NCBI GenBank assembly: GCA_977030845.1
Contig: OZ365112.1
Coordinates: forward strand, 16,244,001-16,308,000
Reading direction: 5' to 3'
DNA from: Fimbriosthenelais zetlandica
Taxonomy: Eukaryota
Length of the DNA stretch: 64,000 nt
Part shown: positions 11,200 through 24,110 of the stretch, piece after piece
Layout of the letters: each line of letters begins with the position of its first letter
Numbering within the stretch: position 1 is the first letter of the stretch
Notes under the pieces: model-generated
Databases searched by the model: none
Told to the model about the DNA's origin: nothing
The model's input: only the letters and a program-made list of their open reading frames with translations
Translations under genes and position numbers: made by a program

Positions 11200-14100
11200 C
11201 CATGAACGCACTGCCCTGAATATCAGGCGAAACCCCCTTATAAAAGAAAAAATTTATCAATGCACATGTTGCATAAATTAGGAGGGTCTGTCTAGGTAAA
11301 TCATGAATAATTGCACATTTGTACAGGACTTCTGTCCCAATTGTACAAGACTTCTGTCCCAACAATGGAGTCCCAGCTTTTAGTCCAATCACCAAGGACT
11401 ATACTGCAGTTCTTACTGCTGGGTTTCATGTGCTTTCATGTTGAGTACTGTCTTTAACACTTGCTTATGAACCACCCGTTAATTTGTTGGTGCAAGGTAT
11501 ACTACTTAAAGCAGTATATTCCCAGGGAAGCCCTTTCTCAAGGTTGTACTATTCGTATCTGGTATTTGCATGGTCTGGGACTGCAAGACGTGGGTGGCAT
11601 TGAGATGTCTGTGGTTTGCTATTGATGGTGAGTTAATATTTGCCTCCAGGAAGTGTACTATTTTCACGCGATACCCTAGTGAAGGAGAAGGCAATGTACA
11701 TTAAGTGTACCATTGAGTTAGTCCAGTTGATCGAACATGGGCTTGATGCTGCTGAATGTGTTGGGAAATGTGTGATACAGGCTTTGTGTTGCCTTCCAGT
11801 ACAAAGCTTGTGTTTTTCCTAATTTATCAGGACCCCCAAGGGAGAGGGGGGTCAACTGCACGAGGCTCAATGATACTGGGCACAAAGCCACTTGGGGATT
11901 TATTGTATATTGGTGTAATCTCTCAATAAATGATCCTCCACACGGGATCAGCTCGTGAGGGGCTAATTGACTGAGGCCAGACCAACCACCAGCCCTCCAT
12001 CTAAACGTCACTCTAGCTAGTATCATGCTATCTCATGATTATTATGGTAATTTTATACCACCTACTTGCAGGCCCTACCTATTGTCACCAAGCATGAAAA
12101 ATGTCAATATCTTTTAACCGGTCAAAAACAAGGGCTTTTGGTCTTCTAACAAAGCCCTTAAAGGTTATGTTGAATTGAATAAGTAAGCAGAGGGACAGTT
12201 TTGGAGGAATGAGCATTTGACCTTTTTGCTGGGATCAGGCGCAGGAGGATGTGTCAGGCACAGGAGGATGTGACAGGCACAGGAGGATGTGACAGGAGCA
12301 GAGGATGTGACAGGCACAGAGAATGTGACAGGCACAGGAGGATGTGACAGGCACAGGAGGATGTGACAGGAGCAGAGGATGTGACAGGTACAGGAGGATG
12401 TGACAGGCACAGGAGGATGTGACAGGCACAGAGGATGTGACAGGCACAGGAGGATATGGCGGGATCAGAGGATGTGCAGGGTGCGACGGAAGTAGCAACT
12501 GAATATGGCAGAAGCAGGCGAAGGATGAGCTGGATGTGAGAGGAACAGGAAGTTGAGCTGAATGTTTTGAGAGCAGGAACAGGAGGATGGACTGCATTTG
12601 CATACAGCGTCCCAAAGGCATTCAAGGTGTCTGAACTCGCTTTAGATTGTAATTCAAGCACACTATGAGACATTCTACTGGACCTGAGGTTCTATTCAAA
12701 CCAGCAGGTTATAGCTCGCAATTTATTATCCTTTTTATTGACTAGTGTCAAAAACCCCCATATTCTGAGGTATCCTATGAGGACACTTTAGTTCTCTAAG
12801 GATATTCATCATAACCTGTTATGCTGTTTATTTTTGACAATAACAAAGACCTCAAGTTGCCTGTGTAAAGTGGGTAGTGCCCCGGTTCCCAGCTCACATC
12901 ACTAGGATCGAGGACCTTAGATAATCGATCATTGGAAACAGGAGGGTTGTGTTATGCATGAGAGCTCCCGTCCTGTAAAGACCACATTTATAGGCAGTCC
13001 AAACAGATGAGATGGATGGCGTGGATAAACGAAGAAGCGATGTTGAATTCTAAAAGCAAACTTAGGTGCCTGATCATTTGGAAGTTAACGCCCTTCTGTG
13101 AACAAATATGAAGTGATGACCTAAGAATTCGATTATGCAAACACTTACTAAATAAATTAGAATAATGTAAGTCTGCTTATGAAAAATATGGTAATCCATC
13201 ATCACCCATACACACACACTGAAGTAACCACAGTCTCTCGGGTGCTGGATGATATGAGTTGCTCATTGCGTGTTCGTTCCCAAGGACTAAGCCGTAAAAA
13301 GGACTGGGTGTGTCCCATGGGAGCTCTAAAATACAACTCAGGTCCCTAGCCGAGGTGTTATCACCCTTATCTATCTTATCTCCACTCAGCAAGGGTCATC
13401 CTTTTGACCAATGTGTGTCTGGCCCAGCGTGAGCTGCCATTGGTGTTTGGGCATGAGGACATACTCTTTGTAAACTTCAATCACACTCAAGTCTACTCAG
13501 CCGACCAAGGCAAAGACTGGCACAGCCAGGGGGAAAGGGAAGTGCCAGGACAACTCTGAAATACATGGAGTTAGATTAACGATATGGAACATCTACAAGA
13601 GGTAGATATCCAAGTAGAACTCTGTAAACTGGGAAGCCTGGCATTTAATCTAAGGTTTTATGCACGACAGACAAGTATATGGCCCTTCTTGTACATTATA
13701 TTTGTGATGCTTTATTTATACACTATATGTACACCACTTAAGCGTCCTTCACCTTGATGGTTACCATTTCAGTATAGAGATAAGTCTTAACCATATTTGG
13801 CACACACATATTCCCCAACTACCACAGGTTCCCCCAGACATAACAAATCCCAAACCCCCGTCATAATGACAGGATAGAGACCAGACCAATGATTTATACC
13901 AGAGGACCTTCCTATCTTGGATGTGGTGTCTCCAGCCATGTAGACATAGATAATCACTCAATACACTTACTGGCCAGCACTACCAGCCATGAGGCAGGAT
14001 TGAAAATACTATGTCCACCTATCTGATCCAATGACGGAAAACTCTGTTCAGAGATAATGCCTTCTTCAGCCTGCTCTACCAAGGCCCTTATAATAAGACT

Positions 14101-15420
14101 ATAGAGACTGTTGATATCGCGTTTGAATGATAGTTTAGAAGATTGTGAAGCCTATTCTGATGAAAGCTGTAAAATGAAGTAGACCAACCCAACTCACGAA
14201 GTGCTGTATAACACCATGACGCTGTTAATTAGAATGGAGCACTCAGAAGACGAGAGAAGAGCTATCATGCATTATGGAAGATACCATTAGGTTCTACCAG
14301 TTTCATATACAATCATAATTATGATTATAAATCATCACCATAGGAGGCTGACATTCCCGGAGAGCTTCGGCAATTTGATCAATAAAGGATTACAACAGTG
14401 AGGGGGGCTCTCTCAGCCACTTCTAGCATTCTACCAAACATCAGCCTGGGGTCTATGATAGATTAGGCCAGAGAGGGGCCAGAGCCAGAGGATAAGCCCC
14501 TTATAATCCACTCCATCACAGACTCTGTGCCTACCTATAGCATGCAGTGTTAAGCTATCGATTACTGAGAGAGGGGAAAGCTTGTATATTAGACCAAGGG
14601 TGGATAGGATCAATCCTTACATATAGGAACATAAGTGGGTGGGGTTTCAGAAGTACAAACCAATGGGCAATCACCCAGTGGCCTAGATTCGTTGGTAAGG
14701 TGCCTATATAGCATCGAAAAGAAACCTGTCTCAGTATGACGCAAAGGTCAGATTCTATCGCCGAAGCTGTTCTCAGCAGTTTGCCTGCCACTGTCCTTAG
14801 GGTGTCCAGTGTGACATGAATATGTTCTAGAGCACTTGTCCCTGGGCAAGATTCTGTTGAATGCTGAGAAAGCATTGTGAAAGTCATTGAAAATCTTGAA
14901 GCGTGCATGTGAGCTGCCTGGATATCACCTGCGATTCAAATTACATTACATTGTATGATGAAACGGTGTAGCTTTGTGCTGAAAGTGAAAATGTTTGCCA
15001 CTCCCTGTTGGGTTTACCGATATCTAGCTGGCATTGCATTTCTGCTTTAAATATATCACTAAGCAGTCTCGTGTCATGGAGTGCAAACAATTATTGATTT
15101 TACCCCAGAGCTTTAGAGCCAGGTCATGTAGAAAACAACATAAAAACCCTTTGAGTTTTATGAAGATTAAATCGGAAAATTGAATCCTAAACCATAAGCT
15201 TCTTGTAGGATTGTCAATAAACATGCATTGGGACCCTGCCCTGGAATAAGCATCATTATTAGGAAGGCAAATACCTGCGAGTGTCTCAGCATGTGTTGGC
15301 TGCCTATATAGAGTTCTAGCCATGCAAATAGATTTATTACCCCCTGTGAATTAATCCCCACCAAAGTTTCTGCGTTGATGGACTTGGAACGTGACAGCAT
15401 TAACATGACATCAACCAATC
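11200..15420 (-). mobile_element. Large decayed coding-like block interrupted by the 12.2 kb minisatellite; retroelement or endogenous virus, unassigned
   Basis: Many 60-140 aa minus-strand ORF pieces. Isolated motif-like strings PTGSGK (14994-15011), LVWSLSCHYDGGLGF (GGLG at 13848-13859, L1/Tx1-like) and MGDDGL (13192-13209). Confidence 0.3.
12236..12480. repeat. Minisatellite of about 13 copies of an 18/19-bp unit (CAGGCACAG(G)AGGATGTGA)
   Basis: Read directly: interleaved 19-bp caggcacaggaggatgtga and 18-bp caggagcagaggatgtga / caggcacagaggatgtga units. Confidence 0.95.
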
Positions 15421-16399
15421 AGCCTGGTCTAGTCCCCTGACATGGTATGACCTAAACATTCCTCTGATAAAGTGAACCATGTATACATGTACATACATAC
15501 ATATACATACTATATCACTCAGGAGAATGTGACTTGCCAGTAATTCCATATTTACAAGGGGACGCAAATGACTGTATAATCATCTGGGATGTGATATTGT
15601 CAGTTGTAATACCAGCCTTCAGGCCGCCTAGATGGACAGTGTATTAGAGTGATAGTCCGTTGTCACTTCATCAAGTGATATTGCCTGCCACCACTACTTG
15701 GTGGGCTTTGCCGTCGGGCGCTCCCTGCAAATAAAGCATGCTAATGGCATATTTGGCACCACTGTAATTCTCACATAAACCTCTCATAGAAGCAATCGCC
15801 ACCTTTTACATTGCCGCAGAGCAAGCATTACATAATAAAAGGATGGGAATTGTGCAGGATGTCTTAATTATTGCCTTGCACATACACGAATTTCTATCCT
15901 AATACACGTTCAGGAATCCATGTTTCATGAAATAGATTCCATGCAAAATGATGCAAATATTATTTCAGATGGTCTTTTGATCAATTTCTTTTAGATCTTC
16001 GCTACACCAAAAAATTGATTAATTCCATTAAGGCTAAAAAGCTACATTTTTGGACATGATGAATCGTTTTAAGTCACAAAAATCTCTGGACAGATCAGAT
16101 CTGATTGCATTAGTATGACTATGCATTACCATAAGAGTTCCTTGGATCACTGGGACAAGCTATGTCATTGCTTTTGGAAACAATGTTAGTTAATCAATGG
16201 AATAGATTAACATAAAGACAGGGCCTGCATGGTAGCAAGAGTTAATGCTTGGAATTATTCCAAGGTATACATATGCAATATAAGCTTAATCAGGGCCTGC
16301 ATGGTGTAAAATATTTATGTCAGATTCATCGTTCTTGCAACTTCTTCCTGCATGAGTATAGACAAACTCTGCAAGGATGAAATGTAAATTGCATCATTT

Positions 16400-19300
16400 A
16401 GCTACTGATCCTGACACCTCTTATCCGATCTGGGATGGGGATAAAATCTAGCCCATGGCACTAAAGGGCTATAGCTGGCCATATTGAGCCAGGGAAAATG
16501 AACGCCATTCCAAGCTTGCCGTTGGTATGAATCATGTAAATCCACAAGTGGGAAAATCCATCTGATCGGCAATGCCATATGGCTGAAAAAGAAGGTCATA
16601 AATCTGGTGGGTTGTTACTGATTGTCAAATGCATAACATCAGGAATTGTCCAATCAGCTTCTCGCCCAAGAAAGTTGCCTTATAGCATGTATACATGGGA
16701 TTCAATATATAACCCGATTCTCCAGACATTGAACAGACAATTTATATGTGAAATTCTGAGTTTTTACTGGAGGTAAGGCCCTAGGAGCAACTATAGGTCC
16801 ATGTGAGCAAGACTCCCCACTAGACAATTATGGTGCCTGCAGGATCTGGATAATACAACAATCACTTTCCTTCTTTCCTGGTGGGAATAAGACTCTGCAC
16901 GTGCTAGGTCTGGGGGCGGCTCTATCTACTACTTATCTGGGGAGGAAGGAGATGACGAGGTGCAGCAGGAATGGAGACAAAGAGAAAGGTTGGAGGAAGG
17001 AGGAAGAGTAGGCCGACGGTATAAACATAGAAGCAAGTGGGGGTCGGGGTGAGATCTGAGGAAATGACATTAGTTCCTTGCCATGCTTTTATATTAAATA
17101 AAGAAGACAACCAAAACAAGGACAACTTACTGAAGAACCTGATGATGAAAAAGGAAGAAAAGTAGGAATGAAAGGGAGTGTTATTCAGCTTGAAGATGAC
17201 AAACAGGTAGTAAAGAGACCTTTTTCAATCAGTCAAGGAAGAATAAGGGTGAGTGGTGTGATAGAGGGCATCATAATGATGGTATGCATGGCATTTGTGG
17301 TACAGCCTGTCCACTTTCTCCTCACCCAGCTGCTAATGCATCACACCAGCTTGGCAGAGAATAATGCCTCTGGAGTACCATTAGTGTCACCAGGCCCCTG
17401 AAGGAGACTAGGGAAGCTGAGGCACGAGCCCAAAACATCAAGATACAAGATTTAGCTTGCTGAGACCTTAAAACCCTCTCCAGCCTGGGTCTATCCCTCC
17501 TCTCCTCCCCCTGTGCCTGGGCTGAGGAGTAGAACTAAGATCAAACGATCCAGATCTGGACAGGATGACCCGTGGACCAATATATAGCAATTGATCGAAT
17601 CTTCCAAGTGTAGGAACATGGGGAATTGGTGACCTGGGGGATGATGAGTTTGTCTTCTTTCTATATCTGCCTCAGCTGCTTCCTGATGGATCGATGCTAT
17701 ATGTGTTAAAACAAAGATTCCTCAATCACAAAGAATTCAAAGTTGGACAATTGAACTACATGTATTCCTATTTGGTAGAATTTGTTCATGAGAATTTGTC
17801 AGCCTTATCAACAATTTTGCCAACACAATACCAGAACTACGTGGCTGGCAATGCAATTACAACATAGAAATCTGTTGCGGTAAAGTTCATTTTTATTCAT
17901 GATGCCACTTTCTCCACAACTACTAACTATTTTCCCACGTATTCACGTGTAGGCGTGAGAAGCAGAACTGCTCCCCTGTTAAATAGAAGCCAGACAAATG
18001 CCACTTGCAGCAGCACCACCTGAAGCTATATACTGGCTCCTCTCAGCTTGACCCCTGATAGTCTTTTACTGATGCGACCAGAGAATTAGCTCCGGCCTGC
18101 TCCATGCACCAGGAATTAATGGCTTCTAAGTCCAACAGAAATGTTTCTTGTACAGAGAAGATCGTCTGGAGGCGATTAGTCTGACTACATGGCTTCATTA
18201 TGGGGTTTCCCTGGACTTGGCTTACATTATGTACATTTTCCTTGATTCCTCGTAGTTTAATAAGTGTCTGCCATATATGAAGGTCCTGATATATCTCGTT
18301 CGGCCAACTAAATAATATAAACCAGTATGTTGTGGACAGTGACATGCTATAGTTCTTTTCTTTACCAGCAGTAATTTTCCACTAAGGAAAACTGACAACG
18401 TGTAGTTAGTCACCAGCCCGCTATACCTTTCTAATAGTAATGTAAGTGATGGGGATGCGGATCAAGGCCCCATCTGACTGACTCCCTGACACCTTTCACA
18501 TTATGTCATTATAAAAGCAATATCCCTCACTTAATGCAGTCCTAGGGCGTGTCAGGTAATTAACTTCTTGACCAGAAAGTATTACAATATGAGCACGTGC
18601 GAGACAAGTGAAAGGACCACTCCCACATTAGCCTACAATATGTGCTGCCAGAATGAAGAGAAGATAACATTTGTGTGTTCCAGAAATTAGTCAAAGTTGA
18701 TTATTTTTCATCATTCTTTCCTCATAGTTCCTCTCATATTCAGACAATCAAGGAAGACAAAAAATAACTTCTTTTGTCATAACATGTAAATTGCAGCATG
18801 ATTATATTTGGCACTTTAATGGCATCATCGATGTTTACTCTGATGTACTTTTTATTTCTTTGATGCTTCATGGCACTAGAATCTTCAGCTTGCCCTGCTA
18901 GCTGCTAATTTGTCAGAGGCTGGGAGGCTAATGGAATGGCTAAATAACTGTATCGGATAAGCCTTGCATCATCCTGCCATAGTTTTTCATGTTTTTAGCC
19001 ACCATGTCGGGTGGTGCCCGATGGCAAGACCTGTGACGCCCCTGAGCTGGGCAGAACATCAATCTCTGGCCTATCTCTCGGTCATAATGTCTGTGTTATT
19101 TTACCAAACCTGTCTCTCAGCCGTTTTATACATTGCACCTTGTGTGCTCTGGGAGACAAATATTTTAGCCAAAGGGCCCTCACTCTGGGTGGTGAAACCC
19201 TCTTTAGGTGGCTGTACATTCGATAAGCAATACGCAGTGCCGTCATTAGATGCAAATCCCTGGTGGTCCACTTATCACTGTAAACTGCTGGTGAGTGCAT

Positions 19301-20420
19301 GGAAGTGGGAAAGCGAAGATGCCCACCAGACTCGACCCCATACACCAGCTGTTGAATATTTCATACCTTGGTTAGGGCATTAAACTTAAAATTAGATCCG
19401 GTTTGTGAGACAGGGCCTTCACTTTGCCAGCAACTAAATGGAATTTCTCGAGACACCACATGCAGTGTTGTCGGGACAAGTTAGTGCACATGAGCTGTCA
19501 ATGCCAGAAAATCTTGGTAATATGGGCCTGGATATGGAATTATTCCATACCCATGCGTTTCCAGTACAGAAGTGGAGATATGGAGTGAATATGTCATTAA
19601 CATCGTTCATTAAAACTATAATAAAAATTAAAAGATCGACCAGAAATATTACAAGATGGATTTACTCGTTTTTGGAGCAAGCCCAATTGTGTCTGAGACA
19701 CCCTCTTGGGTAACAAAAAGGAGATGTTAGTCAGGCTAAAAGCCTTGGAAATTTCTACTTATGGGAGTCGGGTATTGGTACAGCAGGCTATCTTATTGTC
19801 CTGTGGTGCATTAATTCTCTGAAGCATAGAAAGCTTATCATTCACTAAGCTGCATATAATGCTCAAAGCCAGCGTTTCCATTGTGCCCAGGAGAAAGTTA
19901 TGCCGCTGTAACTGTAGAATACCTCTTCTGATCTCTGCCTTGTAATAACACCCATCTCCTCCAAGAAGACTAATATAAGTAGTATGCAAACCTGGTTCAT
20001 TGCTTATAGCAATCCTGGGTATCTGAGGCTGAGCATTTAGCCCTTGGTGCAATATTTTCGATATCAACAGATTATTAACGCCCATAGATTCCATATCCAG
20101 ATTCAGTCCATATCATGAAGTAAATTCTTTTCTCAATGCCTGCCTTACGATTATAAATTTCACTCTCAGGATCTCGGTAGACTGCGTGCATTTGTGTGTC
20201 AGCAAGACAATTGCAAGACGCTTTCATTTTTGACCTACCCTGTGAATATAGTTTATTATCAGACTCGGCAATCATACCCCAAACATTTCTCTGTAGGAGG
20301 GCATATTGGAAACTGTAAATGCTTCATCTCTTGTTCGACAAACATTTCGGAATTCTGTTTCCCCCGGTTTAAAAATCTCCTTTCCTGACTTGGCTAGGTG
20401 CCACTGAAAAGTACTGGTCT
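16400..20420. mobile_element. Decayed coding-like block, unassigned
   Basis: Purine-rich, charged-residue-coding segment at 16930-17240. ORF pieces of 87-139 aa on both strands at 18960-20100. No diagnostic motif. Confidence 0.25.
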
Positions 20421-22949
20421 CTGAGTGATGAGACTGACTTACTGGCTGAGCATCAAGCTACACTGCTCAGTGTCAACTGTCAGAGTATCGATCTCTGACT
20501 TTGTGGGCAAAAATAGGGTTATTTGTAACCAAATATTGGAGTTGAGCCCCCTTGGAAAAGGAAGGATATATGTGACATGTACATGTATTGTAGCATGGAT
20601 TAAGCTTTACAGTATTATGACAAGTAAAGTTCCGGGTTAGAACATATATATATACACATATGCATGGAAGTGTTTCTAAAGCTGCTAGGAAATTCCTTTT
20701 TCTGCAAAAGAGGCTATTGCCAGATATAGTTGATTTAAGTGGTTCAGTTGTGAAATAGCACAGAATCCTTTACATATCACATATGTTGTACTCTGAGTTG
20801 TAAAGAAACTCAAGAGCAAACATCGTACTGCACAAAGAGCTTGCAGCTCTTAGCTTCTGATCTAAGCCATTCACAAATGCAGCCCATCCTCTCTTAGGCC
20901 AGGCGCCTCACCGACTTAAGGACTAATGGCGATGGAGGAATTTAAAATGGAAATGGCTGGTTGTTCTGTTACAGGATGGAATGTGACATTAAATTCACCA
21001 TCAGTATCGTGACAAAGACCTCTAACAAACTGCCTCCGATACTGAATGCGCATGCGCAGAAAATGCAGCTGACAGTGTATTACAATACAGCAACCTCTCC
21101 GTGTTGAGGGGGCGAACAAATCGCATACACTGCCTGGCAATACAATAGAACTGCCCAAGGGACAGAAGATGAATGTGTTATCGTTGATATTTCATAAATG
21201 TTCCAAGATCTCCAGTAGCGCCACATAATATTATATTGACCAAAAATGTGTGAATGCTTGGTGCCTGCCATTAATTTAGAGAGAACATCCAGGAGCAACT
21301 GCATCCAGGGCGTTATTTGGCCCATGTTTGAATGCAGAATTTATCATAATGTTTACGTAAGTTGGATTTATTAGGTAAGTCAGAATATAGGGTTAGCCCG
21401 AGCTTTGGTACATATCACTGGCAACACGAGGGAAATCAGCTATATTTGTTGCAAGTTTGTTCTCCAAATAGGGATCGGGATTAAACCATATAGCTCAAAG
21501 CAGACCAACCATTAATCAGATCTTTTTCTTGATTGGTTTACCTTGCTACATTCCCTCTTGTCTCATGATGCAATTAGAACTCGAGAGCGTTTCCTCTATA
21601 ACGATATGATATATGCTATCTATGACCAAATTCTGCTCACGTTTTCTTCTTACTGAGAACATCATTGACTTGCGTTAGATATTCATGCTTGCACTGATTT
21701 ATCAAGCAAGCAGAGTTTCCGGAGATAAGGCAGATTAGATGTGGACGATCTTAATTAAGATCAAAGAAAGCTGGCATTGTCAGCACTGTGCATCCTAGCA
21801 TGACTATGTGAAGACAGAGGAAAGTCTAGCTCTATACATTCAATGTGTTTGTCATGAAACTTTAGACACTGAAGTGGGTCTTAATGAATTGCCTCATCAG
21901 TGACACTGGTTTCACTGGTATAAATTCAAGGCAGTATAAATTCAAGGCTTGTAAGCCTCTGAGAATGGCACTGGATTTGATCAGCATTCTGTGCCCGCAG
22001 GATGGGAGACAAGGAAATAGGACAATTCCATACAACAGTGCCCCCGAGTCTACGAAACCAGTTCCTCGGAAATTGAGCAATCTCCTCTGCCTTTCATAAC
22101 TCTATTTAATTGCATTCTGGCTCTCACAAAAGAAACACCAGGTAATTGGAACAGAAGTACATTTCCTCTCCTCGTGCTCCTTTTCGTTCAAATACTATTT
22201 GTATTTTCAACAATTGTACAAAATTTGTGAATAGGATGATTGTGGAAGGTATTTTCAGAGGACACAAGGTCTGAAAGCCTGGAACGAGCTTGGAGACAGA
22301 TCTCATTTCATTTTAGTCGTGTCAATGTACCAAGCGTCCTCTGAGACTTTATTTACAGAGATAACATAATATTATGTGACGACACGTGTACACTGTTGCG
22401 ATGTACATTGCTGTGACGAGAATTGATGTTGCAGAAAAGACCCAGGGCTCGCCTTAAACAGTTCCTTTCGGCCATCTCTCATACATCTGTGAAACGATAT
22501 GACACTCCTTTCACGAATGATTATTGTGGCCTTCTCCTTGCAGCACCTTGAAGCTCAAGGGCAATGTAGCGATCCCATTTGTTTTATCTACGTTTTCTAA
22601 GCTACTGATTTAATTTGTATCATTACCCGTGCATAAAACGCCTGTTTTCACCAAGGTGACTATTTGGGTAATGCGAAAATGACTTTGGTGACATGCTAAA
22701 ATAGTATTGTCGAGGTCACCAGGTTATTCTGTTAGGCTGGCTCTGCACTACTATCTATGTCTATTCTTACAACAGCAAATATAATATTGATTGAAGGACA
22801 GAGATCACTGCAGTTATACCTGTATCTCTTGTCTGGTATATGTTAGAAAGGACACCAGGGGATAGGATATATTGATATATCTTCCTTGTTTACATAAGTA
22901 TAGGTATGAGAATACTGATAATTATGCCTGGTGAATGTGAGATCTGCAG

Positions 22950-24110
22950 GTGGAATCTTGTTTTCCATTATTGATACAAGTGATCGAAGTGGAATATAAT
23001 CCAGCTGTTAAGGCGATTTAGAGAAGTTCTTGCATCAAAGGATTTCTCGAATGTTATGAAGCTTCTCCTCAAACGATTTCAGCGAAGGGGACTTAAAAGC
23101 AGTCCAGATTTCATTTGCAGAAAAGGCCTGTGTCAACCAAGGTGAAAAGACAAACTTGAGTCTGTTTGAACACTATTTTTACCTTTAATAATTCTTCTGG
23201 CGGTAAGATGCCAGCGGAACTGAAGGTTGAACAAGTTCTATGATCAGAATGATGTAGGCAAACATCATTGCACAAGTTCTTGAAGACTAGATAGAGCAAT
23301 TCTACCTCCTACTTGTAGAGTTATACAGATCTCTTTCAAATAAATTAATGAAGAATAGATTAATATGAATAAAAATGAATTTCATTGCATTTCATCGTCT
23401 GTATAAATTCCATTCTCCTGGAAAATTCGCAGGCAAGCCAGAGAAAATGTCATTGAAGGATTTAAATCACAATGAAATTGAAAGAAGAGCATTTTTCCTC
23501 ACTAATTGTATTGGCCTGTCCACTCTGATGAGCTGCAGCAGGACAAATTGGAAAGAAGACATTCCAGGGATTTCATCTGCAATTGGGGTTAAATAGTTAG
23601 ATTTGGGCTCATTGCTTGTGATTCAAGAAAGTTCTACATCATTTTCAGTTGCTTGGAAAAGTACTTCGTTATATTCATGTCATGTTATACTCATACAACT
23701 CAATCTCGTCTGCACCAAGAAGACTAGCATGTACATACAGGCCATAGACCTAGCATTAAAGCTAATGTTCTTTTTGAAACAGGCCCCTGATCTCAAGAAG
23801 GCAGGTGACTGGCAATAATAGAACAAGATTTGTATCACCATAAAGAGGATTGCCTTCCCGTCTGAAGGACTAATTACGTCTTTTGTCAACAAGCTAAGCG
23901 GCCTTTGAAGCAGGGAAAGAGACCTTGTACAAACAGGCAGAGTCCAACGGTGTCTAACGTGAACATACCTGACACAGCAACTATAAAGAAACAAGATTCA
24001 AAGCCTAGATTTTCTGAATTAACATCAAGATTTAATATCTGGGTTATCATACTTGATGAAAGCTTTTTCTTCACATTGTCAATTGATCATGAATTGTTTA
24101 GTATTGAATA
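22950..24110. mobile_element. Decayed coding-like block, unassigned
   Basis: Overlapping 60-104 aa ORF pieces on both strands. The motif-like strings LYGDTN, IYTDD and FEKSFD are not in the order of any single known polymerase. Confidence 0.2.

Noticed and set aside
14994-15075. RecQ-like helicase start (RDCLVI…PTGSGK)
   Set aside because: An in-frame stop and extra residues separate the two words, and no SPL or DEAH motif follows.
23520-23560. CTGATGAG here, and similar words at 21895, 26646, 41513 and 53426, as hammerhead ribozyme cores
   Set aside because: No stem II followed by GAAA at the required spacing.
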